Positions 44,801 through 55,957 of a stretch of DNA of 64,000 nucleotides are shown here, piece after piece (the first letter of the stretch is position 1; every line of letters begins with the position of its first letter). Made by a program: the position numbers and the translations under genes. The notes beneath the pieces are model-generated. The model searched no databases and was not told where the DNA came from. It saw nothing but the letters and a program-made list of their open reading frames with translations. This DNA comes from Zootoca vivipara (Eukaryota), in the NCBI RefSeq assembly GCF_963506605.1, contig NC_083281.1, positions 1,240,001-1,304,000 of the forward strand, in the 5' to 3' direction.

Positions 44801-46303
44801 AGCAGGAGTAGGGGCTCAACAATAATAATGTAATAATAATTTCTTATTTATACCCCACCCATCTGGCTGGGTTTCCCCAGCCACTCTGGGCGGCTCCCAA
44901 CTGAATATTAAAAGAATTAAACAAGTACGTTTCCGAGCACAATTCAAAGTGTTGGTACTGACCTTTAAAGCCCTAAACGGCCTCGGTTCAGTATACCTGA
45001 AGGAGCGTCTCCACCCCCACCATTCAGCCCAGACACTGAGATCCAGCACCGAGGGCCTTCTGGCAGTTCTCTCACTGCGAGAAGTGAGGTTACAGGGAAC
45101 CAGGCACAGGGCACCCACCCTGTGGAACACCCTCCCAGCAGATGTCAAGGCAATAAGTAGCTATTTTACTTTTAGAAGACAACTGAAGGCAGCCCTGTTT
45201 AGGGAAGTTTTTAATGTTTGATGCTGTTCTATTTTTAATATTCGGTTGGAAGCCGCCCAGAGTGGCTGGGGAAACCCAGCTAGATGGGTGGGGTATAAAG
45301 AATAAAGAATAATAATAATAATAAAACACTTCTCTAAACAGGGCTGCCTTCTAAAAGTCAGATAGTTGTTGATTTCCTTGACATCTGACGGGAGGGCGTT
45401 CCACAGGGCCGGCACCACTACCGAGAAGGCCCTCTGCCTGGTTCCCTGTAACTTTGCTTCTCGCAGGGAGGGAATCGCCAGAAGGCCCTCAGGAGATGGA
45501 CCCCGGTGTCCGGGGTGGAGATGCTCCTTCAGGTCTACTGGGCTGAGACTGTTTAGGGCTTAAAGGTCAGCACCAATACTTCAGTGGGTCACTTTAGAAT
45601 CAGGGCTCTAGACAGGTTCCCCCCCCCCCGCCTCCTGCCCTGGAGTTACGCAGCGTGGTGCCTCAGCGAATCTGCCCCTTCCTAAACGTTGCTTCTCTGC
45701 CCAAATTATCTTTCTTTTCTTGCAATGTTTATCAGTTTTCCAATTTTTTTGGGGGGAAATAATTTTTATTTGATTTTACAAGTATAAAATTATAACAATA
45801 CAACCACACACTCCCACATTTACAGATCCCTCCCAATCTCTGGACTTCCCACCTTCCCTCCATGGGGGTCCTATGATTAAACCTTTTCTACCGCTTCTTT
45901 TCCAATAATCTGTATTCTATATAACATCATTGTCTCCAGGGTACTTGCCGCATCACAAGTGTTACTGCAGTCTTGCTAATGTTTCCATCTGCTTACAGTG
46001 GTCTCCAAGATAGATTATTAAAGTTTTGGTCTTCTCGGTTCCTGAACTTCCCGGTCAGTTTTGCCATTTCGGCGTAGCCCAACAGTTTTAATTTGCCATA
46101 CTTCTCTGGCATGGACCAGCTTTCCAAATTTTTAAACAAATTAACAACAAATCAATTCGGATTCAGCACCAGTTTAAAAATGGACCTTTTACCCTCCCTC
46201 CCTCCTTTGCTGCTCTCAGTAAAACACTTTTTCCTAGTTTCTAAACGTCTCCCGCCCATTGCTGTTTCTCTGTCCCCTAGATTATCAACTCCGGACGCAG
46301 TGA
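34067..46303 (+). CDS. AP1M1: AP-1 complex subunit mu-1 (423 aa)
   Basis: Twelve exons: 34067-34108, 36376-36532, 37990-38057, 39165-39295, 39998-40145, 40803-40929, 41923-42065, 42722-42793, 43013-43171, 44013-44138, 44565-44640, 46281-46303 (1272 nt). [33 protein letters not shown]...[19 protein letters not shown]...[19 protein letters not shown] (mu1A-type termini). Confidence 0.97.
34469..34901 (-). mobile_element. Bov-B (RTE) LINE 3' fragment
   Basis: [39 protein letters not shown]...HGVTKSRT. Confidence 0.9.
34902..35520 (+). mobile_element. CR1 LINE 3' fragment (uninterrupted ORF2 end)
   Basis: [44 protein letters not shown]...; (ATTCTATG)3 tail. Confidence 0.92.
35521..35589. repeat. 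(TA)n(TG)n compound microsatellite
   Basis: Directly visible. Confidence 0.9.
35591..35700. mobile_element. Penelope-like remnant with inverted terminal segment
   Basis: Perfect 24-bp inverted repeat 35642-35665 / 35677-35700 of the same family sequence. Confidence 0.55.
36668..37520 (+). mobile_element. Solo LTR with nested SINE and MITE fragment
   Basis: TG...CA ends, 4-bp TSD CCCT (36664, 37521), internal TATATAAA and AATAAA; related copy at about 15250-15748. Confidence 0.65.
36912..37265 (+). mobile_element. Sauria SINE
   Basis: Full length; TSD CTTGGGCTACAGGG (36901 and 37266). Confidence 0.88.
38753..39103 (+). mobile_element. Sauria SINE
   Basis: Full length; TSD TACTACCTGCCAC (38739 and 39103). 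Confidence 0.88.
41502..41909 (+). mobile_element. L2-clade LINE 3' fragment
   Basis: Same family; (TAT)n tail abuts the AP1M1 exon 7 acceptor. Confidence 0.78.
43198..43642. mobile_element. hAT-type MITE (second family)
   Basis: Perfect 8-bp TSD TTGGGGTG; related copies at 1606-1924 (inverted) and 10153-10559. Confidence 0.8.
44821..45580. mobile_element. Nested L2 copies in opposite orientation
   Basis: Minus copy split into 44821-44920 and 45323-45580 by a plus copy at 44925-45322. Confidence 0.75.
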
Positions 46304-47374
46304 GGGCCGTCGGAACAGCCACGACTGAGGAAACAGTGCATCTTCCTGTTCAGAAACGCGTTTGGTGCTCAGAAGGTGGTCCTCGGGGTGGGGGGGTGGG
46401 GAAGGTTTGGCCGTCTGGAAGCGGGACCGAGCCCAAGTCCCAAATCCGGCAGCCTTTGGCACAGACCTTGTGAATGTGTGTGTTTCTCTTGTTCAGTGTT
46501 AATCACGTTAGGAGTTAGCTGTTGCCTTGAGAGAGAGCCGACCTCAGGAAAAGCCTGGCCAGTCTTATTTCCGCTCTTCAGAAGCCTAAGCACCATTTGC
46601 AGCCCGTTCTGGAACCGCTTCCGAGTATTAGCCCAAGCCCTTCTTGCCAGAGAAACGCTTGCTTGACCTCTGCGGACGCCCCTCAAAGTCCCCACACTTA
46701 TTAGCGCAGGCCTGTTTTGCCAACAGATTCAGAACGGAGGCTCCGAACGACTCATCGCTTGCAGAAAACCCGCTGTCTCTCCTTCCCACGAGGGCAGGGA
46801 ATTCAAAGCGGGCGGACTGAGCAAATTGGCACCAATTCTGGAGCCAAGGGGGAAGGAAGAAAGGCATCCGATTCCTGCAGTTTCCACAAGCGGCAGCTGA
46901 GCTGGCAAATCCTTGCCCAGACCGAGCCGCTCACGGGATGGGGTGTTCCTTGGTGGTAGAAAAGTTCCTGCAGTTGGAAAACCAGCCTCATTTTTGGGTG
47001 GGGCGAACCTTCCTCGCCATGTTTTGCCACGATGTCTGACGCTGCTAATGAAAAGGCGGCAATCGGGTCTCCCAGCAGAAGAAATGGGCGCACAGAGTTC
47101 TTGCGAGCGATTGGCTTGGTGTGTGTAGAAAATTGGATGGCTGTCGATGCTTTTCTTCCTTCCTCTCCCCCCCCCCCAGTTCCATCTGCTCCTGAGCAAT
47201 TTGCCTTTGCTCAGTGACCAGTCGGGCTTTGCTGTTTAGGAAGCACATATTTCCACCCCCCCCACCCCCATGTCAGCTTTCTTTCATTCTGCCTCCTTCC
47301 CTTCCCCGGAGCTCTGGCTCGAAACGCCTGCAGTGCCAGTAATCCAGTGCTCGAGTTTGCCTTTCCCAAGAGTA

Positions 47375-47380
47375 AATAAA
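47375..47380 (+). terminator. AP1M1 poly(A) signal (a second AATAAA at 47701-47706)
   Basis: AATAAA about 1.07 kb after the stop, at the end of unique UTR-like sequence. Confidence 0.55.
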
Positions 47381-48414
47381 GCCAAGTTTGGGATCTCTTC
47401 ACCTTCCTTTAGCGTGTCAGAGGCCCTGCCGGAGCCACAGGAAAAGCTGCCTAGCACCCCATTGTGGATCTTGGTGCAGAAACGAGGGTTCCTCAGTGGT
47501 TGCATGTAAAGGTTTTCTGCTACGGACTGGCTCGGGGTGACGCTTGGGGCCGGGTTAGCGTTACCTGCTGAAGCCAGGTTGAAGATGGGACCACCGCTGC
47601 CCCCTCCTCGCCCCCAGCCGTCGGAAACGCCACCAGGCAAGCAAACCACCGTTCCTGCCGAATAGGCCATTGTTAACTTGTTGCCGAAACGTCTGTTTCA
47701 AATAAATTGAGCTTCTCTTGGTCAGTATTTGGGCTGGAAACTGACTGGCCTCTGCCTCTTTGTGTGTGTGTGGGGGGGGGAGGGTCAGGGAGCCTGGGCA
47801 TATGAGGGAGGAGAGCATCTCTCTGCAGCGGGCATGCAGAGTCCAAAGCAGGGGGCAGCCGGCCTGGACCCCCAGCAGAAGGGAATTCCTTCCTTGGCTG
47901 CAACACCTATGGGGGACTCCCATTAGCAACCCAGGGGTTCATTGGCGACCCGGACCTGAAATCCCCATTGCCTGCAGTCACTGGAAGCACAGCCCAATGG
48001 AGTGAAGGAGAAACGACAGCTTCCGGGAAGGGGGCATGGGGACAGTGGGAGAGTAAACCACTTTGAATGTGTGTGTGTGTGTTTTCTCTCTCTTTGAGCT
48101 GTGTTTATGAAATAGTAATTGTAACGGGAGATGCTCAAAATTAGAACAGCAAGCTCTGGGCCCAGGACAGAACCTTTCAGCACCCCACTTGTCCCCACCT
48201 GGCTGTGGCAGCGAGAGCGCCATCACAGGCCTTCCAGAGGGGGGTCCCGCAGAGTGGCCATTCTTGCCTTGCCGAGTTGTACCCCGGCTGGGTCTCTGGT
48301 CCTGCCTAGCCAGGGCTTCGCAATCCACTTGTTTCCCGTGCCTGTCTGCAGGCCCCACCGGCCTCTAAGCTGGGAGTTTGGCCTCTCGACACACATCTCG
48401 AAATGCCGACACAC

Positions 48415-48703
48415 GGAAGAGGGGAACAAGCTTGTTTTCGCCTGCTCCGGGACGGTAGGACTTGAACCTGTGTCTCCGAGTGACAAGGAAGAAGATTCCG
48501 ACTCAACGTCATTGGGAAGAACTTTGCGAGGGTCAGAGATGTTTGACCGTGTGGTTGAAAGTGGTGGACTCCCCTTAAGAGGTTTTAAAGCAGAGGGTGG
48601 GTGGCCATGATCTGTCAGGGATGCTTTAGCTGAGATTCCTGCATTGCAGGGGGTGGGACTGGATGACCCCTGGGGGTCCCTTCCAACTCTGCAATTCTAT
48701 TCT
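48415..48703 (+). mobile_element. Degenerate CR1 3' end
   Basis: Decayed ORF2 end and GGTCCCTTCCAACTCT..ATTCTAT terminus. Confidence 0.7.
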
Positions 48704-49099
48704 ATCCCCGCATTTCTTGGTGCAGAGTTCAGGTGTTGCCTGTCCCGGGGGGTGGGGCGGGCGGCTCTGCCAGAATCCTGGGAACTGTTAACGGTGCTGG
48801 AAATTATTGCTGTGCGGAGGGTGCAATAGGTGGCAGTGCATTGAGGGCAGCCAAAGCTGCAACGTGGACGGTATGGGCGTCAGAATCTGCATGGGCTGGG
48901 GTACCCTGAATAGCTTTAAAAAAATAAAAAATAACAAGAGTTAGGAAGAGCATGAACCCCAAACTTTTGACGGGATATGGGGAGATCAAAACGAGGCCAA
49001 ATCAACCTTGGAATTCATCCCCCTTGGAAAGGACCTTTAGCAACGCGAACCCGGAAAGTCTCCATGCAAAGGGGGGGCGATGTGATCCTCTTGCGCTTG

Positions 49100-49760
49100 C
49101 GTAACTCTTCTCCTCCGGAAACCAACGTGTCCTGGCCGGCGGCCGTTCTAGCTGCGCGCATCTCTATGACGACGCTGCTCCCCTCTTACGTCACAACGGA
49201 AGCGGAAGTGCCGGTGTAAGGACTCTCGCTGGCGGGCCGCTCCGAGTCTTTTCCTCACTGAGGTAGAAAGGATTTTAATTTGTATTGGCTTTTTAAAAAC
49301 GCGTTTTCGACCCCTGGTAATATTTAACGGCGTCCGCCGCCTCTCCTATCGGCGTGGCTTCGGCGGAAGCTGTGTGTGCGCCGCTCTATCCCATTTCAAT
49401 TATTATCTAATGCTTCTTCCCTTCCCTTCCCCCCTTCCGTCCTTCAGCAGCGGGTCACGCCCCCTTTACCGTTCGTGATCTCGCGATATCTGTCAGGGCG
49501 GGACGAAGGCTTCCCCCCTTTCTGCGCAGGCGCGTGACTAGCTCTTCCCTTCCCTTCCCTTCCCGCGGCCGTTTCTTTAAAAGTGGGCGTGGTTCGAATT
49601 CTAGCGCCATGGCAACAGCGGGAAAAAATAGAAGGGGGCGGGGATGGAATTCGAATAGGGAGGCCTAGTTGATTTTGTAATAGGCGGGGTGGGGGTAAAC
49701 GTGCGTCGTGACGTCACGGCGATGACGTCATTTTGCACGGCCTAGTTAGTTGCGTGTTCG
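49100..49760. promoter_or_regulatory. Orphan CpG island / promoter with no attached coding gene
   Basis: CpG-rich; TACGTCA 49187-49193, tandem ETS CGGAAGCGGAAGTG 49197-49210, TCTCGCGATA 49479, GC boxes, half X-box CCATGGCAAC ending 49616, two full CREs TGACGTCA at 49709 and 49723. Confidence 0.6.
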
Positions 49761-49774
49761 GTGCTGTTGCATCC

Positions 49775-49805
<31 letters not shown>

Positions 49806-49980
49806 GCAGTAGTATACCGCCCTATACCTGTAGATCTCAGGGAGGTTCACAACATGAAATTAAAATATACAAAGGACAAAATACGTAATAAAAACAAAAA
49901 CAGAGGCGTGGTTGATTTTGAAATAGGCAGCAGAGGGAGACGTGTCGTGATGTCATGGCAATGATGTCACTTTGCACTGT

Positions 49981-50018
49981 GTATCTGAAGAAGTGTGCAT
50001 GCACACGAAAGCTCATAC
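49981..50018 (+). ncRNA. Minimal type I hammerhead ribozyme motif (Penelope-like element associated), intact copy
   Basis: GUAU-CUGAAGA-A-GUGUG(CAUG)CACAC-GAAA-GC-UC^AUAC: conserved core CUGANGA and GAAA, 5-bp stem II, stem I GUAU/AUAC, palindromic AGCU in place of stem III. Confidence 0.75.
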
Positions 50019-50253
50019 CAATGACAAACGTAGTTGGTCTCTAAGGTGCTACTGGAAGGAATTTTTTTTATTTTGTTCCCACTGCTTAGCTATCTGTGTG
50101 TTCAGTGTAGGTTGCAACCACCACCGCCACCACCATCATTACTATTATTAATATACACCCCCCCCATACCTGTAGATCTCATAAAATTAAAGACAACATA
50201 AAATTAAAATATAAAAAGACACGATAAACATAAAAAACAGGGGCAACCCAATA

Positions 50254-50493
50254 CAGTCATACCTCGGGTTACAGACGCTTCAAATTGTACACCGTGCCGA
50301 ACCCGGAAGTACCAGAATGGGTTACTTCTGGGTTTCGGCGCATGCGCAGAAGTGCTAAATTGCACTTTGCGCATGTGCAGAAGTGCCAAATCGCGACCCT
50401 CATGTGCGCAGATGCGGCGCTGCGGGTTGTGAACGCTGCGGGTTGCGAACGTGCCTCCCGCACGGATCATGTTCGCAACCCGAGCGTCCACTG
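50254..50493. mobile_element. Tigger/pogo-like MITE
   Basis: TA|CAGT...CTCGGGTT...AACCCGAG..CACTG|TA; second copy at about 11025-11227. Confidence 0.75.
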
Positions 50494-51562
50494 TAACCCC
50501 CTCTTCCACAGCACATTTTAAAAGGGCATCAGCCCAAGGGCTGGTTGCAGAGGGATGTTTTTCAACTGGTGGCTGAAGGTGTATAAGGAAGGTGGCAGGC
50601 GAACCTCCCTGGGGAGGGCATCCCGCAAACAGGGAGTCATTAGCTCTCCTCCCGGCTAGACCTGTTGAAATGGACCGACATGACTAAATTGGGTGCATTG
50701 ATTCCCGTGGTTGTACTCTGAGTACAGCCTGTTTTGTACACAGCCTTCCCAAAGCAAACCTGATTCCTGATAATGTGTGTTTTCAGGCCTGACAACTCTG
50801 ACCATCAGAGAAAATTTAAAATGCAGATGAGATGTAATCATACAAACTGATACCAGTACAATAATACTCCAACCCCAAAGGGAAGACCCCCAGTTTGGTG
50901 TTGCCCTTTTGGGGGGAAGCCAAGTTATCTCTGTGGGCAGGTGATTTAATTGAAAAACCGATCTGGTTGAAAAAAAAAAGTGTTAACCTTATTAATCTCC
51001 TTTAAAAAGCTGGTCGAGGCTGTATGGCTGACGACGGCAATAAAATCATATGGTTACAGGGATACAAAGGATATAAAGAAATGGCTGTTTAGAAGCAGTA
51101 GATCTCATCCCTACTTGTGTATTATCACTAATACAAATTAGGAAAATATTATTAATTAATACAAATAAACATGGAACGGAATTTACTCCCTCCTGAGTTT
51201 TGCAGCCACCCTGAGTTTCCACGTGCTACAATTTACTGAACATAAATTATGTCAAAATGTTTGCTTCTTCCAAAACCAGGGTAATTATATATATTACTTT
51301 TATCATGATTACCACCATGTTATCTTGCATTACGTTAGCTATATTACGTTATGTTATGTTTTCTGCACTTACTTTATTGCTCACATTTTCATGATTGTTG
51401 CTTTTTAGCAATTTTATGTACACAAAATATACAAAATTATTTGGAAACAACCACTATGGTTTTCACCAGGGACGGCTTTCAACATAAGAAATGAAGGCTG
51501 TAGTTCTAACCATGCCTGCTCAGAAGTCCCATTGAATTCAATGGGCTTTCCTTCCAAGTAAG

Positions 51563-52250
51563 TGGGAAAACAAGCTTGCTCCCTCTTCCCTGGGACAACC
51601 CTTCAGATATTGGAAGATGGCTGTCCTGTCTTCTCTCAGGCTCCTCTTTTCCAGGCTGAACATCCCCAGCTCCTTCAACCGTTCCTCATCAGGCTTGGTT
51701 TCCACACCCTTGACCATCTTGGTCTCCCTCCTCTACCCACCTTCCAGCTTGTCGACATCCTTCTTAAATTATGTTGCCCAGAATTGGACACAGGATTCCA
51801 GGTGTGGTCTGTCCAAGGCAGAATAGAGAGGTACTTTCCTTGATTTGGACACTAGACTTCTGTGGATGCAGCCTAGAATAGCATTCGCTTTTTTCACTGC
51901 TGCATCACACGGTGGGCTCACATTCAGCTTGCGGTCCACCAAGACCCCCAGATCCATTTTACGGCTACCACTGTCTAGCTAGGTGTCCCCCATCCTATAT
52001 TTGTGCATCTGGTTCTTCCTGCCTAAGTGCAGAACCTGACCCCACTTGCCCTATGGAAACTCATTTTGCGTCCAGTTCTCCAATCTGTTAATGTCATTTC
52101 GAATACCGATTCTGTCTTCTGCAGCGTTGGCTCCCCCTCCCGGTTTGGTTTTGTCTGCAAATTTATAAAGATGTTGAACAACAACGGGCCCAGGACAGAA
52201 CCCTATGGACCCCACTTGTCCCTTTTTCCAAGGATGCTGAGGAACCAGTA
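51563..52250 (-). mobile_element. CR1 LINE fragment
   Basis: [39 protein letters not shown]. Confidence 0.82.
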
Positions 52251-53149
52251 TTATTATTATTAAAGATTTAAAACCAGCTCTGGTAGATTTAGATCTTCTA
52301 AAGAGCCTTAAAGCATTCGAATAATTATCTTTAAAATCCTTGTTGTCCAGACATTATTTATCTATGCTGTTTCGCCACGCCTGTGTTCCTGCGATAAATA
52401 TCTTTTTAAGGAAATGGGGTAAAATGTTTTAATCAGCCTTTTCTAACCATGAAAGGCAGATTTCTTTCCCTTCTAATATCTCAATTATGCCTCAGATCAT
52501 TTGAGCAGGGTTCTAGTGCATATGACTCAATTAATTCATTTTAATTTTTTTTAAAGAAGCCACTTTGTAAATTATTTGCGCTTACAAGGATTAAAAAAAA
52601 ACCCAAATGCCACCAACGCAAAATTAATGACTTACAAAATTGTATCAATTTCAGCTATGATGATGGTACGAAAATAATACCAGCCTGTGTGTAATATGAT
52701 GAAACAAACCATTTAATGCAAGCCAAGCTTTAAGAAAAGGCCAGTTTCCTAAAAGGATTTCATCTTTCTCATGTCACCCACCATCTCTTGGGCATCTTTT
52801 TCTATAGTCTATAGAACTGCGGGTATAGGGCGGTATGCAAATTTACATAATAATGATTGTGTTATTATTTACTGAAAATCATTTTTCTTTTTTTCTCTTA
52901 AGCAGAGGGGAAGGGTTGCGTGTGCGTTTGCATGTGGACACATTTTTTTTAAAAAAAGTGGGCTCCGGATGATTACTGTTAGGCCTGTTAGGAAATGTAA
53001 TCGCGTTTTATTATTATTTGTAATGCATTTTAATGCTTGCGTGTTGACGCTTCGCCGAAAAAAGCGGTAGTGGGGAGTGTTTTAAAAAAAACCCACAAAG
53101 ATAAAACAACCCCCAAAACACCCGGGTTTCACGCCCGCTGCAAACGTAA

Positions 53150-53900
53150 CGTATGAACGCGGGTCCCGCGGAAAAGGTTCGGAGCGCGTGACTGGTTTAA
53201 AAAAAAGAAAAGCACGCAGCCACGCCCCAAAAAAAGGTGGGGGGGGAGAAGACGAGTACGGCAGCCTTCCGCGCATGCGCCGGCCCGAAGGCGAGCCGTC
53301 GCTCGGAGAGCGTCCGTTTTTCTCACCCACAGCGCCCCTTTAACCGGCGCGGCGGCCGGCCAATGGGCGCGTCGGGCGCGCGCGTCGCGACCAATGAGCG
53401 TCGGCGGGCGGGGTGGGCGTGGCCGTTCCTGGAGCCCGCCTCCTCCCCCCTCCTCCTGCTTCTGCCGACTGAGGGAGCGGAGCGGCTCGTCGTGCGGCCG
53501 GAGGGACTCTCAGCTTCGTCGGTCGACCGCCTCTCCTCTCCTCTCCTCTCCGCCGCCCTCCTTCCCCGCTCTTCGCCCGCCACCCCCGCAGCGGCAGCAA
53601 CGTGACGTCAGGTGAGGCCCCCGTCGCCGCCGAGGGAAGAGGCGGTTGGTCGGAGGCCGCGGCGACAGTGAGAGCGGGCCAGGCTTGCCTCGCGGCCTGC
53701 CCGGCCGGTGACGCAGCAGGGGGAGGGGCCTGCGTGGGGGGCGGGGCCCGCAGCGAGCGAACGTGGGCCACTTCCCCCCTCTTTCTCTCCCACCCCCCCT
53801 TCCAAAAAAGAGAGAAAGAAACCACGCACGAGGGAGGGGGGAGCGCAGTCTTTTGTTAGGGCGGGCGGGGAAGGGAGGCAGAGCGGCCATCCAGGATGAT
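53150..53900 (+). promoter_or_regulatory. ELAVL1 CpG-island promoter with non-coding exon 1 (donor CAG|GTGAGG after 53611)
   Basis: Very CpG-rich; NRF1 GCGCATGCGC 53271-53280, CCAAT at 53360 and 53391, GC boxes; strong donor; nearest promoter upstream of the ELAVL1 ATG exon. Confidence 0.75.
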
Positions 53901-55160
53901 CGCAGCGGTGGATGAGCCATTATTATTATATCTATCTAATCATCGATCTATCTATCGTTATCTTTAGGCCTGGTGTACGGCCAGCCGCTTTTGGCAAGGC
54001 GGACCAGCCTCGCTGTTTTTGTTTTTTTGTTTTTACAAACGGGGGTGGACTTTGCAGGGAGACAACGGCTGGCATCGGGATCCTTCAAATAAAAACCCCG
54101 TCACCACTACCAATGGCAAATCAGGTTTATTATCAGAATTTGCACTGAAGAAATCAAAGTTGCGTTTGCGGCTGAGTTTGGGTGTGTGCAGGGAGTCATG
54201 GTGGCGATTGAAATCGTTCACACCCACTCACACCAATCTGGTTTATTATCAAATTCTGCAGCGAGCAAAATCAAAGTTGAGTTTTCAGCTGATTTTTTTT
54301 TTTTTTTGCTGGGGTGGTGGTGGTGGTGGTGAGCCCACTTGACGCTTCCGCTGTGTTGGAGATGTTTCAATGGCTTTTGTTTGATTCGCTCCTTGCAAAC
54401 AGCAGGAAGTCTGTAAATTTTGATAATAAACCTGATTTGCATTTTTTGCGGGGCGTGTGTGTGTGTCCCAGTACGTGTCTCCACCCCCATCGTTCAGCCT
54501 GGAAGGCAGCCCTATTTAGAGAAGCTTTTAATGTTTAATAGACTTGTATTTTAACACAGTATTCTGTTGGAAGCCACCCAGAGTGGCTGGGGAAACCCAG
54601 CCAGATGGGCGGGGTATAAATAATAAATTATTATTATTATTATTATTAATTCGATGGCAACTTGCTCCCTCACAGGGAAGGAATTTGAGTATGGTGCAAG
54701 CCAATTGTGATAGCAGCAGTGGGGTTTCGTCCCAGCTGCTTGGAGCAGACCTATTGGAATAATGCATCTGAGGAAGTTTAAGGTCCTTTAGTTTTAATTA
54801 AGGGTCTGTCTTGAGTAAGAATATCATTTGGTATTACCTAAAGGCTTGGTCTTTTTGAGGCCTTTCTGTGTAGATGTGCATAGTTGAACATTGCAGGTGC
54901 GCGCACACACATTATTGACAGACAACAGCTTTGCAAGGTTCAGCTCAGACACTGAGGTCCAGGTCTGTGGGCCTTCTGGCGGTTCCCTCACTGTGAGAAG
55001 TGAAGTTACAGAGAACCAGGCAGAGGGCCTTCGTGATGGTGGTGCCCACTCTGTGGAATGCCATCTTATCAGATGTCAAGGAGATAAAATAACTATATAA
55101 AAGGGAAGCCTTTTAATGCATTTTTTAAAATGCTTTTATATACGTTGTAAGCTGCCCAGA

Positions 55161-55534
55161 ATTGATGCTTTTGAATTCTGGTGCTGGAGGAGACTCTTGA
55201 GAGTCCCATGGACTGCAAGAAGATCAAACCTATCAATTCTTAAGGAAATCAGCCCTGAGTGCTCCCTGGAAGGACAGATCGTGAAGCTGAGGCTCCAATA
55301 CTTTGGCCACCTCATGAGAAGAGAAGAATCCTTGGAAAAGACCTTGATGTTGGGAAAGATGGAGGGCACTAGGAGAAGGGGACGACAGAGGACGAGATGG
55401 TTGGACAGTGTTCTCGAAGCTACGAACATGAGTTTGACCAAACTGCGGGAGGCAGTGGAAGACAGGAGTGCCTGGCGTGCTATGGTCCACGGGGTCACCA
55501 AGAGTCGGACATGACTAAACGACTAAACAACAAC
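55161..55534 (+). mobile_element. Bov-B (RTE) LINE 3' fragment
   Basis: [22 protein letters not shown]...; 12-bp TSD AAGCTGCCCAGA (55149, 55535); inserted in an L2 tail. Confidence 0.9.
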
Positions 55535-55821
55535 AAGCTGCCCAGAGTGGCTGGGGAAAGCCAGTCAGATGGTCGTGGTACAAATTTACAACAACAACAA
55601 CAATAATAATGTAGACCAGCCTTGCTGTTTCTCCATACGGGGTGTAGGGAGATAGTTACTTGCTTCCATGCAGGGAAGGAATTTGAACACAATGCAAGTC
55701 AATTGCGATAGCAATTATTGTAGTGGGGTTTCATCCAGCCAAATGATCCCCGCTTTGAGTAGATGCATTAAAATAACACAGCTGTGGGAGTTAACGGCCT
55801 TTAATTTCAGTGGGTCTACCT

Positions 55822-55957
55822 CAGGCATCCCCAAACTTCGGCCCTCCTGATGTTTTGAACTACAATTCCCATCTTCCCTGACCAATGTTCCTGTTAGCTA
55901 GGGATCATGGGAGTTGTAGGCCAAAACATCTGGAGGGCTGCAGTTTGGGGATGCCTG
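55822..55957. mobile_element. Short palindromic hAT MITE
   Basis: Fold-back 136-bp element, perfect TSD GTCTACCT; copies at 6003-6138 and 17317-17452. Confidence 0.85.

Noticed and set aside
48131-48610. 159-aa ORF downstream of AP1M1
   Set aside because: The 3' part is decayed CR1; no recognisable homology or splice support.
52655-52780. C/D box snoRNA (ATGATGA motifs)
   Set aside because: No suitably placed CTGA D box or terminal stem.
54764-54800. Fourth hammerhead (GCATCTGAGGAAG)
   Set aside because: CUGANGA is present but no stem II, GAAA or matching stem I follows.
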